Part shown: in pieces, positions 19,283 through 28,871 of the stretch
Numbering within the stretch: position 1 is the stretch's first letter
Layout: every line of letters starts with the position of its first letter
Origin: Candidatus Ozemobacteraceae bacterium
GTDB taxonomy: Bacteria; Muiribacteriota; Ozemobacteria; Ozemobacterales; Ozemobacteraceae
Direction: 5' to 3'
Assembly (NCBI GenBank): GCA_965140445.1
Contig: OZ223236.1
Coordinates: 1,952,001-2,016,000, forward strand
Length of the DNA: 64,000 nucleotides
The notes under the pieces: model-generated
Database searches by the model: none
Seen by the model: the letters and a program-made list of their open reading frames with translations, nothing else
Told to the model about the DNA's origin: nothing
Position numbers and translations under genes: made by a program

Positions 19283-19310
19283 CGTCACACCCGCGAAGGC
19301 AGGTGTCCAG
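19283..19310 (+). repeat. CGTC-tagged REP-like hairpin, copy A2
   Basis: CGTCACACCCGCGAAGGCAGGTGTCCAG; one difference from copy A1. Confidence 0.9.
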
Positions 19311-19374
19311 ACTGATTATTGAAAAAGTAGTTTTTAAGTGAAATTTTAGCTAATATATAATTATTGAGAGCAGC

Positions 19375-22300
19375 GTGATGAATAACGATAAAGCACAGAA
19401 TAATCAGAGACAGAGTAACTTTAACTTCATCGATGATGAAATAAAGCAGATCAGAGAGTTTGCAATTAAAGCAGAGTTACGGGGCAGACTTGATACCAGA
19501 TACGCCTGTTTCCAGGCCAGGCTGACCGCAGAAACGGCACTTAAATGGGTGTTCAAGGTAGATGGGGAATTAACACTGCCATATAACACCATGCTCAGTA
19601 GCCTGACAAATGATGCAGGTTTTCAGAAGATTGCTACCATTCAGGTCAAGCGTAGTCTAACTATTATCCAGAAGTTTGGCAACCTTGCTGCCCACAGTGA
19701 GCATTCCATACCTGCACAGGATTCTGTTCTTGTCGTTAAACAGCTACATAGTCTGCTTTACTGGGTCCATCGCACATATTTTGACGTTAACCTGGAATCG
19801 GAATTCAATGAGAAACTCATTCCAGATGCTGGCGATATAGCCAAGACCAGCAGGAGCAAGATTCTTGAGCTGGAACAGAAGCACGAAGAGGAAGAAAAGA
19901 AACTCAGAGAGGCACTTGAAGCTGAGAAAGCCGACAAGGAAGCGTATAAAGCTAAACTTGCTGAACGTGAAGCCGAATTGGAAGAGCTTAAGGCCCATGT
20001 GACTGCGAAGAAAGCAGAAGCAGAAGCGGTCCCAGACACTCATGATTACTCTGAAGCTGAAACCAGAAAATTACTTATTGATGTCATGCTGAAAGAAGCG
20101 GGATGGCATAAGGGCTCAGCTAGTCTTAAAGAAGAGTATGAGCTTGAAGGCGTAGATAGAAACAAGAATTACACCGGCACTGGCTTTGCAGACTACGTGC
20201 TCTTTGATGATAACGGGCTACCTCTTGCTGTAATTGAAGCCAAGAAGACCACGAAGGACGCAAAACTGGGAAAATATCAGGCACTTGATTATGCCAATGC
20301 ACTGGAAAAGAAATTCAACCAACGTCCAATCATATTTTATACCAATGGTTACGATATTTATATCTGGGATGATAAGTTCTACCCGGAAAGGAAGGTTCAG
20401 GGATTTTACAAAAAAGATGAGTTACAGCTGGCTATAGAGCGCAGAAAATCAAGAAAATCAATATCAAACCCCACTATAAATAGAAAAACAGTGGAACGGC
20501 CATATCAGCATCTTGCCATTAGAGCTGTTGCTGAGCATTTTGAGAACAATCATAGAAAAGCATTGCTGGTAATGGCTACTGGATCAGGCAAGACTAGACT
20601 TACCATTGCGATGGTAGAGATGCTGCAGAAAGCCAACTGGGCTAAGAGAATATTGTTTTTATGTGATCGGGATTCTCTTGTTAAGCAGGCTAAAGGAGCT
20701 TTCACTATATTCTTACCTAACTGTCCCGCAGCTGACCTGCGTGATGCAAAGTCGGACAACCTATCCAGAGTCTGTTTATCTACATATCACACGATGATGA
20801 ACCTGATAAATGATTTTAAAGATGGGGAACGACTGTTTTCTCCTGGGCATTTCGATCTGCTGGTTATAGATGAAGCCCACCGCAGTATCTACCAGAAGTT
20901 TGGAGCTATATTTGATTACTTTGACTCTTACCTGGTCGGGCTTACGGCCACACCCAGAGATGAAGTTGACAAGAACACCTACCAGATGTTTAACCTGACC
21001 AAAGACACAGGGCCTGTTTACGGCTATGACCTTGGTGAAGCAATAGATCAGGGTTATCTTTTAAATTATTACAAGGCCGCAGTATCAACGAAGCTCAGCC
21101 GTGAGGGGCTTACCTACTCAAATCTCAGCGATGAAGACAAAGAAGAATACGAAAAGCACTTCGCTGACGAGGTTACTGGCGATATTCCTAAGAAAGTAGG
21201 TAAAGAAGCCATTAACAAGTGGTTGTTTAATGTCCCAACGGTAGACAGCTTCCTGAAAGACCTTATGGAAAACGGTATCAAGGTCAATGGTGGTGACACT
21301 CTCGGGAAAACCATTATATTCGCTCGTAATAGCAAGCACGCTGCATTCATCGTTGAACGTTTCGACCTAAATTACCCGCAGTATAAGGGCCATTTTTGCG
21401 CCCAGATAGATTACACACTGGGTAAAGACGCCGAGAGCATGATCGAAAATTTTAAGAAAGCTGATGGCATGCCACAGATCGCTGTGTCGGTTGATATGCT
21501 TGATACCGGTATCGATGTTCCTGAAGTTGTAAATCTGGTATTTGCCAAGCCAGTTTACAGTAAAGTTAAGTTCTGGCAGATGATAGGCCGTGGGACCAGG
21601 AAATGTGAAGATCTGTTCGGACCGGGTGACGATAAGAAATGCTTCTACGTCTTTGATTACTGCGAGAACTTTGAATTTTTTGAGACTAATCCTAATGGGG
21701 TTGAGGGTTCTGCTGTAATACCTTTGAGCCAAAGAATATTTAGAAATAGGCTGATGATAGCCGACTCGCTTAAAGATGATAGTAATGAAGACTTCATAGC
21801 AATCAGGGCAGAAATGCTTGATAACCTGCATGAGTATGTGTCAGGCATGTGTGATGACAACTTCCTGGTAAGACCGCATCTGGAAAAGATTTCAAAGCTT
21901 AAAACCAGAGAAGCATGGGAAAAGCTTGACGGTGAGTTAAGGGCTGATGTCTCTAAAACTATTTCCGGACTCCCCAGCCAGATTGATCAGGACGACGAAT
22001 ATGCAAAGCGCTGGGATCATCTCTTGTTGAAAACTGAGTTAGCACTGCTTGAAAAGGCTATTGAATACAAGTCTTTTATGAAGAAGATCAAGAAGATCGC
22101 AGATAAACTGGAAGATAAAACTACTATTCCAGATGTAAAGAAGCATTTAGCTTTCATTCAGGCGATTAAGACCGATGAATTCTGGGAGAATATGAACCTC
22201 AAATTACTGGAAGAAATCAGGAAGCGTCTGCGGTTGCTGATCAAATACATAGACCCGGGTGAAAAGAAGATCGTGTATTCTAACTTTACTGATAAGCTGA

Positions 22301-22872
22301 CTGAAGGTTCTGTATTTGAACCTGGCACTGAAGCATTCAAGAATGATGAGCTTGCTGCATACCGGCAGAAAATGAACGCGGTAATCAATGAAAACCTGGA
22401 CAAAGAAGTGATATGGAAAGTTCGATGCAACCGACCTCTAACTGATGCTGACCTTAAGCAACTTGAAGAGATATTGAAACTGAGCACCGCTGAAGATCAG
22501 GAGAAGTTCAAAGAAGCGTATCTGGGTAATTTCCATGCAAAGACAGGCAAAGATAGTCCCAGCCTGGAGCTGCTACTCAGATTGATTGTCGGGTTGGATC
22601 GCAAGGCAGTAGAGAAAGAATTCGCCGATTTCATCGAGAAGTCGAACTTTTCATCGCTGCAGCTGGCATTCGTGCAGAAGATTATCGATTACTTCGTAGT
22701 AGACGGCTTTGTCAGAGACGATATTCTATATGAATCGCCCTTCAGTGATATGTATCAGGATGGACCGGAAGGCCTGTTTGGTGATGCGGCTGAGGCCCTG
22801 TTTGCAAAGCTGAAAGAGCTTAATAAAATCAAGGAAGGTCGTAGTCCCGATAATCTTTATTCAGGTGAATAA
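19375..22872 (+). CDS. hsdR: Type I R-M restriction subunit R (EcoEI/EcoAI-like, with an N-terminal DUF4145-like helical region)
   Basis: ADYVL...IEAK nuclease motif, MATGSGKT, DEAH, TATP, DTGIDVP, QMIGRGTR. Confidence 0.96.
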   Translation: MMNNDKAQNNQRQSNFNFIDDEIKQIREFAIKAELRGRLDTRYACFQARLTAETALKWVFKVDGELTLPYNTMLSSLTNDAGFQKIATIQVKRSLTIIQKFGNLAAHSEHSIPAQDSVLVVKQLHSLLYWVHRTYFDVNLESEFNEKLIPDAGDIAKTSRSKILELEQKHEEEEKKLREALEAEKADKEAYKAKLAEREAELEELKAHVTAKKAEAEAVPDTHDYSEAETRKLLIDVMLKEAGWHKGSASLKEEYELEGVDRNKNYTGTGFADYVLFDDNGLPLAVIEAKKTTKDAKLGKYQALDYANALEKKFNQRPIIFYTNGYDIYIWDDKFYPERKVQGFYKKDELQLAIERRKSRKSISNPTINRKTVERPYQHLAIRAVAEHFENNHRKALLVMATGSGKTRLTIAMVEMLQKANWAKRILFLCDRDSLVKQAKGAFTIFLPNCPAADLRDAKSDNLSRVCLSTYHTMMNLINDFKDGERLFSPGHFDLLVIDEAHRSIYQKFGAIFDYFDSYLVGLTATPRDEVDKNTYQMFNLTKDTGPVYGYDLGEAIDQGYLLNYYKAAVSTKLSREGLTYSNLSDEDKEEYEKHFADEVTGDIPKKVGKEAINKWLFNVPTVDSFLKDLMENGIKVNGGDTLGKTIIFARNSKHAAFIVERFDLNYPQYKGHFCAQIDYTLGKDAESMIENFKKADGMPQIAVSVDMLDTGIDVPEVVNLVFAKPVYSKVKFWQMIGRGTRKCEDLFGPGDDKKCFYVFDYCENFEFFETNPNGVEGSAVIPLSQRIFRNRLMIADSLKDDSNEDFIAIRAEMLDNLHEYVSGMCDDNFLVRPHLEKISKLKTREAWEKLDGELRADVSKTISGLPSQIDQDDEYAKRWDHLLLKTELALLEKAIEYKSFMKKIKKIADKLEDKTTIPDVKKHLAFIQAIKTDEFWENMNLKLLEEIRKRLRLLIKYIDPGEKKIVYSNFTDKLTEGSVFEPGTEAFKNDELAAYRQKMNAVINENLDKEVIWKVRCNRPLTDADLKQLEEILKLSTAEDQEKFKEAYLGNFHAKTGKDSPSLELLLRLIVGLDRKAVEKEFADFIEKSNFSSLQLAFVQKIIDYFVVDGFVRDDILYESPFSDMYQDGPEGLFGDAAEALFAKLKELNKIKEGRSPDNLYSGE

Positions 22873-23406
22873 ATGGTGAGCTTTGGATATTTCTGGGATG
22901 GTTTTTGCCACTTTCTTGTAGGTGTTCTTTTTCTGTTTATTTTTATCAGAACCGCAGGCAAGAAAGACAAATTAACCTGGGAAATATGGCTAGGTCTGGT
23001 GATAGGTAGTTCTTCGCTATTTTTCCTTCCAAACAGGCTTCCATTTCTCACCAGAGAGATGAACTATTGGTATCAATTTTCCCACTATCCCATCTCTGAC
23101 TGGGACATTCTGCTACTCGGTGGCCCCTGGCACAGGTTTTTCCTGACTCATTCAGCACTAATTCCATTCCTATTATTGTATGTTCCAAGAAGGCAATGGC
23201 TCTTGCCCTTTCTTTTCGGCTTAACCATAGGCATTGCAAGTCATTTAGTATGGGATGGTTATTCCAGTGCAAGACCTATGATAGTTTTCTACCCCAAAGT
23301 TTTATATTTCAGGGGTAATCTGGCAGAAGCGTGGCTTTATGCTAATGCGTTGTTATTGTTGCCTGTGGCAGAGATTGTTAGAAGAAGACATGAAAGCTTT
23401 CAATGA
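22873..23406 (+). CDS. Membrane-bound metal-dependent hydrolase-like protein (YdjM/DUF457-like)
   Basis: Several TM helices with H.P..DWD, HRFFLTHS and GIASHLVWD motifs; ATG immediately follows the hsdR stop. Confidence 0.65.
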   Translation: MVSFGYFWDGFCHFLVGVLFLFIFIRTAGKKDKLTWEIWLGLVIGSSSLFFLPNRLPFLTREMNYWYQFSHYPISDWDILLLGGPWHRFFLTHSALIPFLLLYVPRRQWLLPFLFGLTIGIASHLVWDGYSSARPMIVFYPKVLYFRGNLAEAWLYANALLLLPVAEIVRRRHESFQ

Positions 23407-23433
23407 GGCTGATATTCCGATATTTTTGGATCA

Positions 23434-23467
23434 AAAAGTCTATACTTGTTAATAAGTGTAGACTTTT
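23434..23467 (+). terminator. Probable terminator after the hsd operon
   Basis: AAAAGTCTATACTTGT-TA-ATAAGTGTAGACTTTT inverted repeat (G-U pairs allowed). Confidence 0.6.
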
Positions 23468-23530
23468 AAGACCATAATATTCGGTAAACTATTATGGAAT
23501 CTGCAAAAGCTAATGCAGAAGATAATCCAA

Positions 23531-23558
23531 CCCCATTCCCCCGCAGGCGGTCACCCAT
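23531..23558 (+). repeat. Degenerate copy of the CGTC hairpin repeat, right end of island
   Basis: CCCCATTCCCCCGCAGGCGGTCACCCAT matches CGTCATTCCCGCGCAGGCGGGAATCCAG at 21 of 28 positions (hand alignment). Confidence 0.6.
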
Positions 23559-23764
23559 CTCACACATAACCCTTTTGGTTATCCAATTGATGAAATTCTT
23601 CTGTCATTTTTCGCCATTTATTTGAGAGTAAATTCAACAGGTTTCCTGGGTTTTGTTGTAAAATATGGCCTGGATAATCGATGGCGCATTTTGCAGAATG
23701 GCATTGGCTACGCAAAGTGGTCGGCGATTTTAATCCTGATAACTAAAACTACAGGGGGCAACAA

Positions 23765-24106
23765 ATGGAATCACAAAATCCAATTCAAAATGCAGAATTC
23801 GCGGTCACTATTTGTGACAAATCCGGAATTATTACTTTCATGAATGAAAAATCCTGTTTGACCTTTGAAAAGTATGGCGGTAAAAGTCTGATTGGAAAAA
23901 GTCTTGTTGATTGCCATCCTGAACCAGCACGGACCAAACTTTTGAATTTACTTGAAAAGCCTGAAGCCAATGCTTATACAATTGAAAAAAATGGGAAAAA
24001 AAAGCTGATCTATCAGGGGCCAGTTGATAAAAATAATCATGACCTTGGTTTAATCGAGCTGTCTATTGAGCTCCCTGAAAGCGTTCCACATTTCATCAGA
24101 AAGTAA
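23765..24106 (+). CDS. Small stand-alone PAS-domain protein
   Basis: AVTICDKSGIITFMN...LIGKSLVDCHP...YTIEKNGKKKLIYQ; AGGGGG RBS. Confidence 0.8.
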   Translation: MESQNPIQNAEFAVTICDKSGIITFMNEKSCLTFEKYGGKSLIGKSLVDCHPEPARTKLLNLLEKPEANAYTIEKNGKKKLIYQGPVDKNNHDLGLIELSIELPESVPHFIRK

Positions 24107-24229
24107 TCGTTTTTTCTTAAAAATGGCTAATTTGTTCCATAAATCAGCTATTTCTTGCAGGTTTTTTCAACATACTGCTATCATAGTTCCCGAAAGAGAT
24201 ACTATTTTAAAACAAAACAGGAGAGTTCA

Positions 24230-25882
24230 ATGACCCTTCATAAACTTGCCGGGAAGCCAGTTCCCATTGAATTGATTGCTAATATTCCTCAATTGGTCGC
24301 TGCATATTATACAAGGCACCCATCTCCGGAAAATCCGGCACATCAGGTTTCATTTGGAACTTCCGGGCACCGTGGCTGCTCTTTAAAAAACAGTTTCAAT
24401 GAAGATCATGTTTTGGCAATTTGCCAGGCGATTTGTGAATATAGAGCTGGAAAAGGATATTCCGGCCCATTATTTGTTGGAATGGATACGCACGCCCTTT
24501 CCGAGCCAGCGTTTATTACTGCTGTAGAGGTTTTTGCCGCTAATGGCGTAACAATCAAAATTCAGGAAGGATACGGATATACTCCAACTCCGGTTATTTC
24601 TCATGCAATTCTGAACTACAATAAAGGCCGAACAGATGGTTTCGCAGATGGAGTTGTAATTACCCCATCACATAACCCTCCTCAGGATGGCGGTTTCAAA
24701 TATAACCCACCTTCAGGCGGCCCTGCGGGAACAGATATTACAGGTTGGGTTCAGGACAGAGCCAATGCAATTTTGAAAAATGGCTTGAAAGAAGTTAAAC
24801 GCATGCCTTTCGAAAAGGCAAAAGCTGCTGATACAACGATTGAATACGATTATATAAAACCATATATAAGTGACTTGAAGAATGTTGTAGATATGAAGCT
24901 CATAGCTGATTCAGGACTTAAATTGGGCGTTGATCCCATGGGTGGCTCAGGAATAGCATTCTGGGAGCCAATGGCCGAAATGTACGGGTTAAATATTGAA
25001 GTAGTAAATAAACGCGTTGACCCTACTTTTTCTTTCATGACCCTTGATAAAGATGGCAAAATCAGAATGGATTGCTCTTCTCCATACGCAATGGCAAGTC
25101 TGATAAAATTGAAGGATCAGTTTGATGTCGCTTTTGGAAACGATCCCGATTATGACCGACATGGAATTGTTACCAAAGGTTCAGGACTGCTTAATCCAAA
25201 TCACTATCTGGCTGTTGCTATTTCCTATTTGTTTAAGAACCGCCCCCAATGGTCACCTGAAACTGCAGTTGGTAAAACTCTGGTTTCAAGCAGCATGATC
25301 GACCGCGTTGCGAAAGACATTGGCCGAACCCTATGTGAAGTTCCTGTAGGTTTCAAATGGTTTGTTGACGGGTTGCAGGATGGCTCTCTCGGATTCGGCG
25401 GAGAAGAAAGCGCCGGAGCATCCTTCTTACGCTTTGATGGTGGTGTTTGGACCACAGATAAAGATGGAATTATTCTCAATTTGTTAGCCGCAGAAATCAC
25501 AGCAAAAACCCAGAAAGACCCAGGCGAACACTACAAAGCATTAACCGAGAAATTTGGTGAACCAGTCTATGCAAGAATTGATGCGCCTGCAAGCGGTCCC
25601 CAGAAAGCTATTCTCAGTAAACTTTCACCAGAACAGGTTAAGGCATCTAACCTGGCCGGTGATCCAATTATCGCCAAACTAACTGAAGCTCCTGGAAACA
25701 AGGCCGCAATTGGAGGCTTAAAAGTCGTCACAGATAATGGATGGTTTGCGGCCAGACCTTCTGGAACAGAGGAAATTTACAAAATCTATGCCGAGAGCTT
25801 TAAAAATGAAGAACATCTAAAAACAATTCAGCAAGAAGCCCAGCAGATTGTTGCAAAAACCTTTTCTGAAGCAGGAGTCTGA
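24230..25882 (+). CDS. pgm: Phosphoglucomutase (alpha-D-glucose-1,6-bisphosphate-dependent)
   Basis: [34 protein letters not shown]. Start at ATG 24230 after AGGAG. Confidence 0.97.
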   Translation: MTLHKLAGKPVPIELIANIPQLVAAYYTRHPSPENPAHQVSFGTSGHRGCSLKNSFNEDHVLAICQAICEYRAGKGYSGPLFVGMDTHALSEPAFITAVEVFAANGVTIKIQEGYGYTPTPVISHAILNYNKGRTDGFADGVVITPSHNPPQDGGFKYNPPSGGPAGTDITGWVQDRANAILKNGLKEVKRMPFEKAKAADTTIEYDYIKPYISDLKNVVDMKLIADSGLKLGVDPMGGSGIAFWEPMAEMYGLNIEVVNKRVDPTFSFMTLDKDGKIRMDCSSPYAMASLIKLKDQFDVAFGNDPDYDRHGIVTKGSGLLNPNHYLAVAISYLFKNRPQWSPETAVGKTLVSSSMIDRVAKDIGRTLCEVPVGFKWFVDGLQDGSLGFGGEESAGASFLRFDGGVWTTDKDGIILNLLAAEITAKTQKDPGEHYKALTEKFGEPVYARIDAPASGPQKAILSKLSPEQVKASNLAGDPIIAKLTEAPGNKAAIGGLKVVTDNGWFAARPSGTEEIYKIYAESFKNEEHLKTIQQEAQQIVAKTFSEAGV

Positions 25883-25914
25883 TCAAACTCTTTTTCATAG
25901 ATAATTGAATTCCT

Positions 25915-25959
25915 AAACAGCCCATTCTCCTCAATTACAAAGAGAATGGGCTGTTTTTT
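25915..25959 (+). terminator. Intrinsic terminator of pgm
   Basis: AAACAGCCCATTCTC...GAGAATGGGCTGTTT followed by a T-run. Confidence 0.85.
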
Positions 25960-26081
25960 ATTGAACGATTCTGAAACTTCAAAAAAACTGAAGCTCTTTT
26001 TAAGTGGGTAAAATACGAAATTGGCCGCAATATATTAAGTTGGGCAATCTAACCCAACTAAATAACCACACAAATCACTTT

Positions 26082-26483
26082 TTAGACATATTTCGCAGCA
26101 ATAAACCGCGCTGCAAGGCCGGCCAGAAAACCAACCAGGGTCCAGATGCTAAGTTTTGTCGAACTGACGACGTCTTTAAGGTATTCCCCGTCTAGTGCGG
26201 ATAGAAGGTCTGGTTTCAATGTATAAAATATGGCTTTTTTCAAATTCTCTGAGTTTCCAAAAAATGGTTTGGCGGTAATAGTTAAGACAAAAATTCCGAC
26301 TAATACTCCAATAATTATTGGCACTGCGCCGTCTTCTGGTTGTTTAGCTGCATCTGAGATTCCGCTTTCTTCTGCCAGAAGCTTTGGTCCATTATCGCTT
26401 AAGTTCGCCTGCATAATTGCTCCTGCAATGATAACAATGGCGAAGAGCGCAAGCATAAGTATGTTTGACTGAGTTTTTTTCAT
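26082..26483 (-). CDS. Hypothetical membrane protein
   Basis: 133-aa ORF with three hydrophobic segments; AAGGA upstream. Confidence 0.6.
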   Translation of the reverse strand: MKKTQSNILMLALFAIVIIAGAIMQANLSDNGPKLLAEESGISDAAKQPEDGAVPIIIGVLVGIFVLTITAKPFFGNSENLKKAIFYTLKPDLLSALDGEYLKDVVSSTKLSIWTLVGFLAGLAARFIAAKYV

Positions 26484-26700
26484 CTTAGAAAGTCCTTAAG
26501 CGTTTTTGCTTAATCTTACTCTAAGGATTTTTTATAGAGTAAATCAACAACAAATTTATTGATTAAAAAAATTTTTCCGAGTTGGCAACAATAACAAAAC
26601 TTTCAGAAATAAGATGTTTTCACCCGGTCAGCTTGGGTCTTCAGATATTTGTAGAGCAAGTATAGATGACTGGAGCCTTAATCTACCGGAAACTTTTCTA

Positions 26701-27066
26701 TTACTGAGTAGTTTTAAGCTGAGTTATTTCCATACAATTTCCATCAGGGTCTTGCATCCCGGAAGTAAAGCGGCCGGAGTCCTCTGAAATTTCTTGAATT
26801 ACTTTTCCACCGTTGTTAAGGCATTCCTGGACTGTTTCTTCAATTCTTTGGACAACAAATCTTAGCTGAAGATTATTTTCTTTAGCGTCTATGCCTGCAA
26901 TAGAGCAAGGGCAGAGTAATATCTCTATACCATTTAAATCGCCCTGATACATTGTAAAGGTGCCACAATCAAGCTCAGCAAAATGTATGTGAAAAGAGTT
27001 GGCATAGAAATTCTTCATTTCTTCATGGTTTCTTGTGGCGATTGTAATCTTGTCAATATGTATCAT
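26701..27066 (-). CDS. VOC/glyoxalase family protein
   Basis: IDKITIA...MKNFY...F and GGKVI...QDPDGNCMEI; AGGAG RBS. Confidence 0.85.
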   Translation of the reverse strand: MIHIDKITIATRNHEEMKNFYANSFHIHFAELDCGTFTMYQGDLNGIEILLCPCSIAGIDAKENNLQLRFVVQRIEETVQECLNNGGKVIQEISEDSGRFTSGMQDPDGNCMEITQLKTTQ

Positions 27067-27265
27067 CTTGGCTCCTTTATTAAGTTTAACTACATTCTAT
27101 ATTTGACGCATTTTTTTGTCCATTATTCCGATCATCACCGTCTTTGAGCACTAATAAAGCGCCATGAGATGAAAACGCATCTTTCAATGTTTTAAAAGCT
27201 TCAAAAATCTGTTCAATTTGTTTAAAAGAGCAATAATTTTTTATTGAAAAATAACAGTTGTTTTT

Positions 27266-27284
27266 TTGTGAAATTTATATCACA
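27266..27284 (+). promoter_or_regulatory. Candidate Rex/Crp-type operator upstream of nox
   Basis: TTGTGAAATTTATATCACA, i.e. TGTGA-N8-TCACA; spacing differs from the usual N6. Confidence 0.4.
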
Positions 27285-27330
27285 CTGTTTTGGTATCATT
27301 TAAAATCAATTCGATGAAAGGACTAAGGAA

Positions 27331-28701
27331 ATGGCATATAAAGTAGTAGTTATTGGAGTTAATCACGCGGGGACATCAGCGATCAGAACCCTGCTTTCGC
27401 AGAATTCAGCGCATCAGGTTACGGCATTTGACCGCAACGACAACATTTCCTTTCTCGGATGCGGTATCGCTCTTTCTGTTAGTGGCGTAGTAAAAAACGT
27501 GAAAGACCTCTTTTATTCAAACTGTAACGAATTGCAGAAACTGGGCGCGGAAATTCACATGAAAACTGAGGTAACTCGCGTTGACACTGACAAAAAGATT
27601 GTTTTTGCCCGAAACATTGAAACCGGCGAAGAAATGCAGACACCATATGACAAACTGATTTATGCAGCCGGTTCGTGGCCAATCGAATTCAATGTTACCA
27701 ACAAAGACTTAAATAACATTTTTGTCTGCAAATTGTTTCAGCATGCAGCCGAATTGATCGAAAAAGCCTCTGAGCCAGAAATCAAAAGTGTTGCAGTTGT
27801 GGGAGCCGGGTACATAGGAATCGAACTGGCTGAAGCTTACCATCAGAAAGGCAAAAAAGTGACTCTCATAGATCTTCAGGAGAGAGTTGTTCCTGCTTAC
27901 TTCGATACAGAATTCACGGATTGCCTCGAAGAAAACATTAAAAAGGAAGGCGTAAATCTCCTTCTTGGTACAAAGGTTACTGGATATAAGGGTGACGAAA
28001 ACGGCGCTGTTCGCCAGGTAGTAACAGACAAAGGCACTTTTGATGCTGACCTGGTTATCCAGTGTGTTGGATTCAAGCCCAATACAGATCTCTTGCCCGG
28101 GGTGGAAAAACTTCCTAACGGTGCTGTGATAGTAGATGCTGGTATGAGAACCTCGATTCCTGATGTGTTTGCCATCGGAGATTCAGCCGCTATTCATCAT
28201 GCATCAACCAATTCTCATCGCCATGTTGCTCTTGCTACCAACGCTGTGAAGGGTGGGGTGGTTGCCGCAAGTCAGATAAACGGAATTGAACAGGTTAAGC
28301 TTGAAAGCATCGCCGGCACAAATGCTATCTGTGCCTTCGGAAATATGTTAGCGAGCACTGGTTTAAGTGAAACCGCTGCAAAAGCAGCCGGATTTGATGT
28401 CGCCAGCTCATTTTATTCTGACAATGATCGCCCTGAATTCATGGGAAGCACCGAAAAAGTCAGCGTAAAACTCGTTTTTGACAAAAATACGCTCAGACTA
28501 CTTGGTGCACAGATTGGTTCTTACGGTGAAATTCCACATACCGAGTGCATTTTCTATTTGTCACTGGCCATTCAGAAACAGATGAGCTTAATTGAATTGG
28601 CTACCACAGACGTTTATTTCCTGCCTCACTTTAACAAACCTTTCAACTTTATCATTTCAGCAATCTTACAGGCCCTTGGTATCAATTACATGAAAGACTG
28701 A
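27331..28701 (+). CDS. nox: FAD-dependent NADH oxidase (H2O-forming Nox type)
   Basis: IGVNHAG, SFLGCG single redox Cys, GAGYIG, AIGD, FLPHFNKPFN C-terminal signature. Confidence 0.9.
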   Translation: MAYKVVVIGVNHAGTSAIRTLLSQNSAHQVTAFDRNDNISFLGCGIALSVSGVVKNVKDLFYSNCNELQKLGAEIHMKTEVTRVDTDKKIVFARNIETGEEMQTPYDKLIYAAGSWPIEFNVTNKDLNNIFVCKLFQHAAELIEKASEPEIKSVAVVGAGYIGIELAEAYHQKGKKVTLIDLQERVVPAYFDTEFTDCLEENIKKEGVNLLLGTKVTGYKGDENGAVRQVVTDKGTFDADLVIQCVGFKPNTDLLPGVEKLPNGAVIVDAGMRTSIPDVFAIGDSAAIHHASTNSHRHVALATNAVKGGVVAASQINGIEQVKLESIAGTNAICAFGNMLASTGLSETAAKAAGFDVASSFYSDNDRPEFMGSTEKVSVKLVFDKNTLRLLGAQIGSYGEIPHTECIFYLSLAIQKQMSLIELATTDVYFLPHFNKPFNFIISAILQALGINYMKD

Positions 28702-28734
28702 TGTTCAAACCTAAAACTTTTTAACGAAGCAAAT

Positions 28735-28770
28735 CCGGGCTTTGAACAAAATAGTTCAGAGCCCGGTTTT
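28735..28770 (+). terminator. Intrinsic terminator of nox
   Basis: CCGGGCTTTGAAC-loop-GTTCAGAGCCCGG followed by TTTT. Confidence 0.85.
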
Positions 28771-28871
28771 GTAATCAAATTTGATTTTTTTTTAGCTTTA
28801 GATATAATTATAAGTGCCCCTATTTGAATAGAAGTTATTTATTGCTCCATTTGCAGATGAGAGGTAGAAAA

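Larger units (their letters stand above)
14726..23560. mobile_element. Probable genomic/defence island at the 3' end of tRNA-Arg; no integrase or attR seen
   Basis: Cargo is an LRAT-like gene, a type I R-M system, a GIY-YIG nuclease and a membrane hydrolase. The hsd genes look more GC-rich than the flanks by eye. Related hairpin repeats lie near both ends. Right boundary approximate. Confidence 0.65.

Noticed and set aside
19175..19310. Repeat-spacer-repeat pattern resembling a mini CRISPR array
   Set aside because: Only two same-orientation copies, then an inverted variant; unequal spacers (33 and 19 nt); no cas genes or leader. It fits REP-like hairpins better.
23493..23506. 14-mer TATGGAATCTGCAA shared with the GIY-YIG gene (19056-19069)
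   Set aside because: Several chance 14-mer matches are expected in 64 kb of AT-rich DNA, and the similarity does not extend.
23400..23765. attR (duplicate of the tRNA-Arg 3' end) at the right island boundary
   Set aside because: No copy of TTCGAGTCTTGGTAGGTGCA or a clear sub-fragment was seen by eye.
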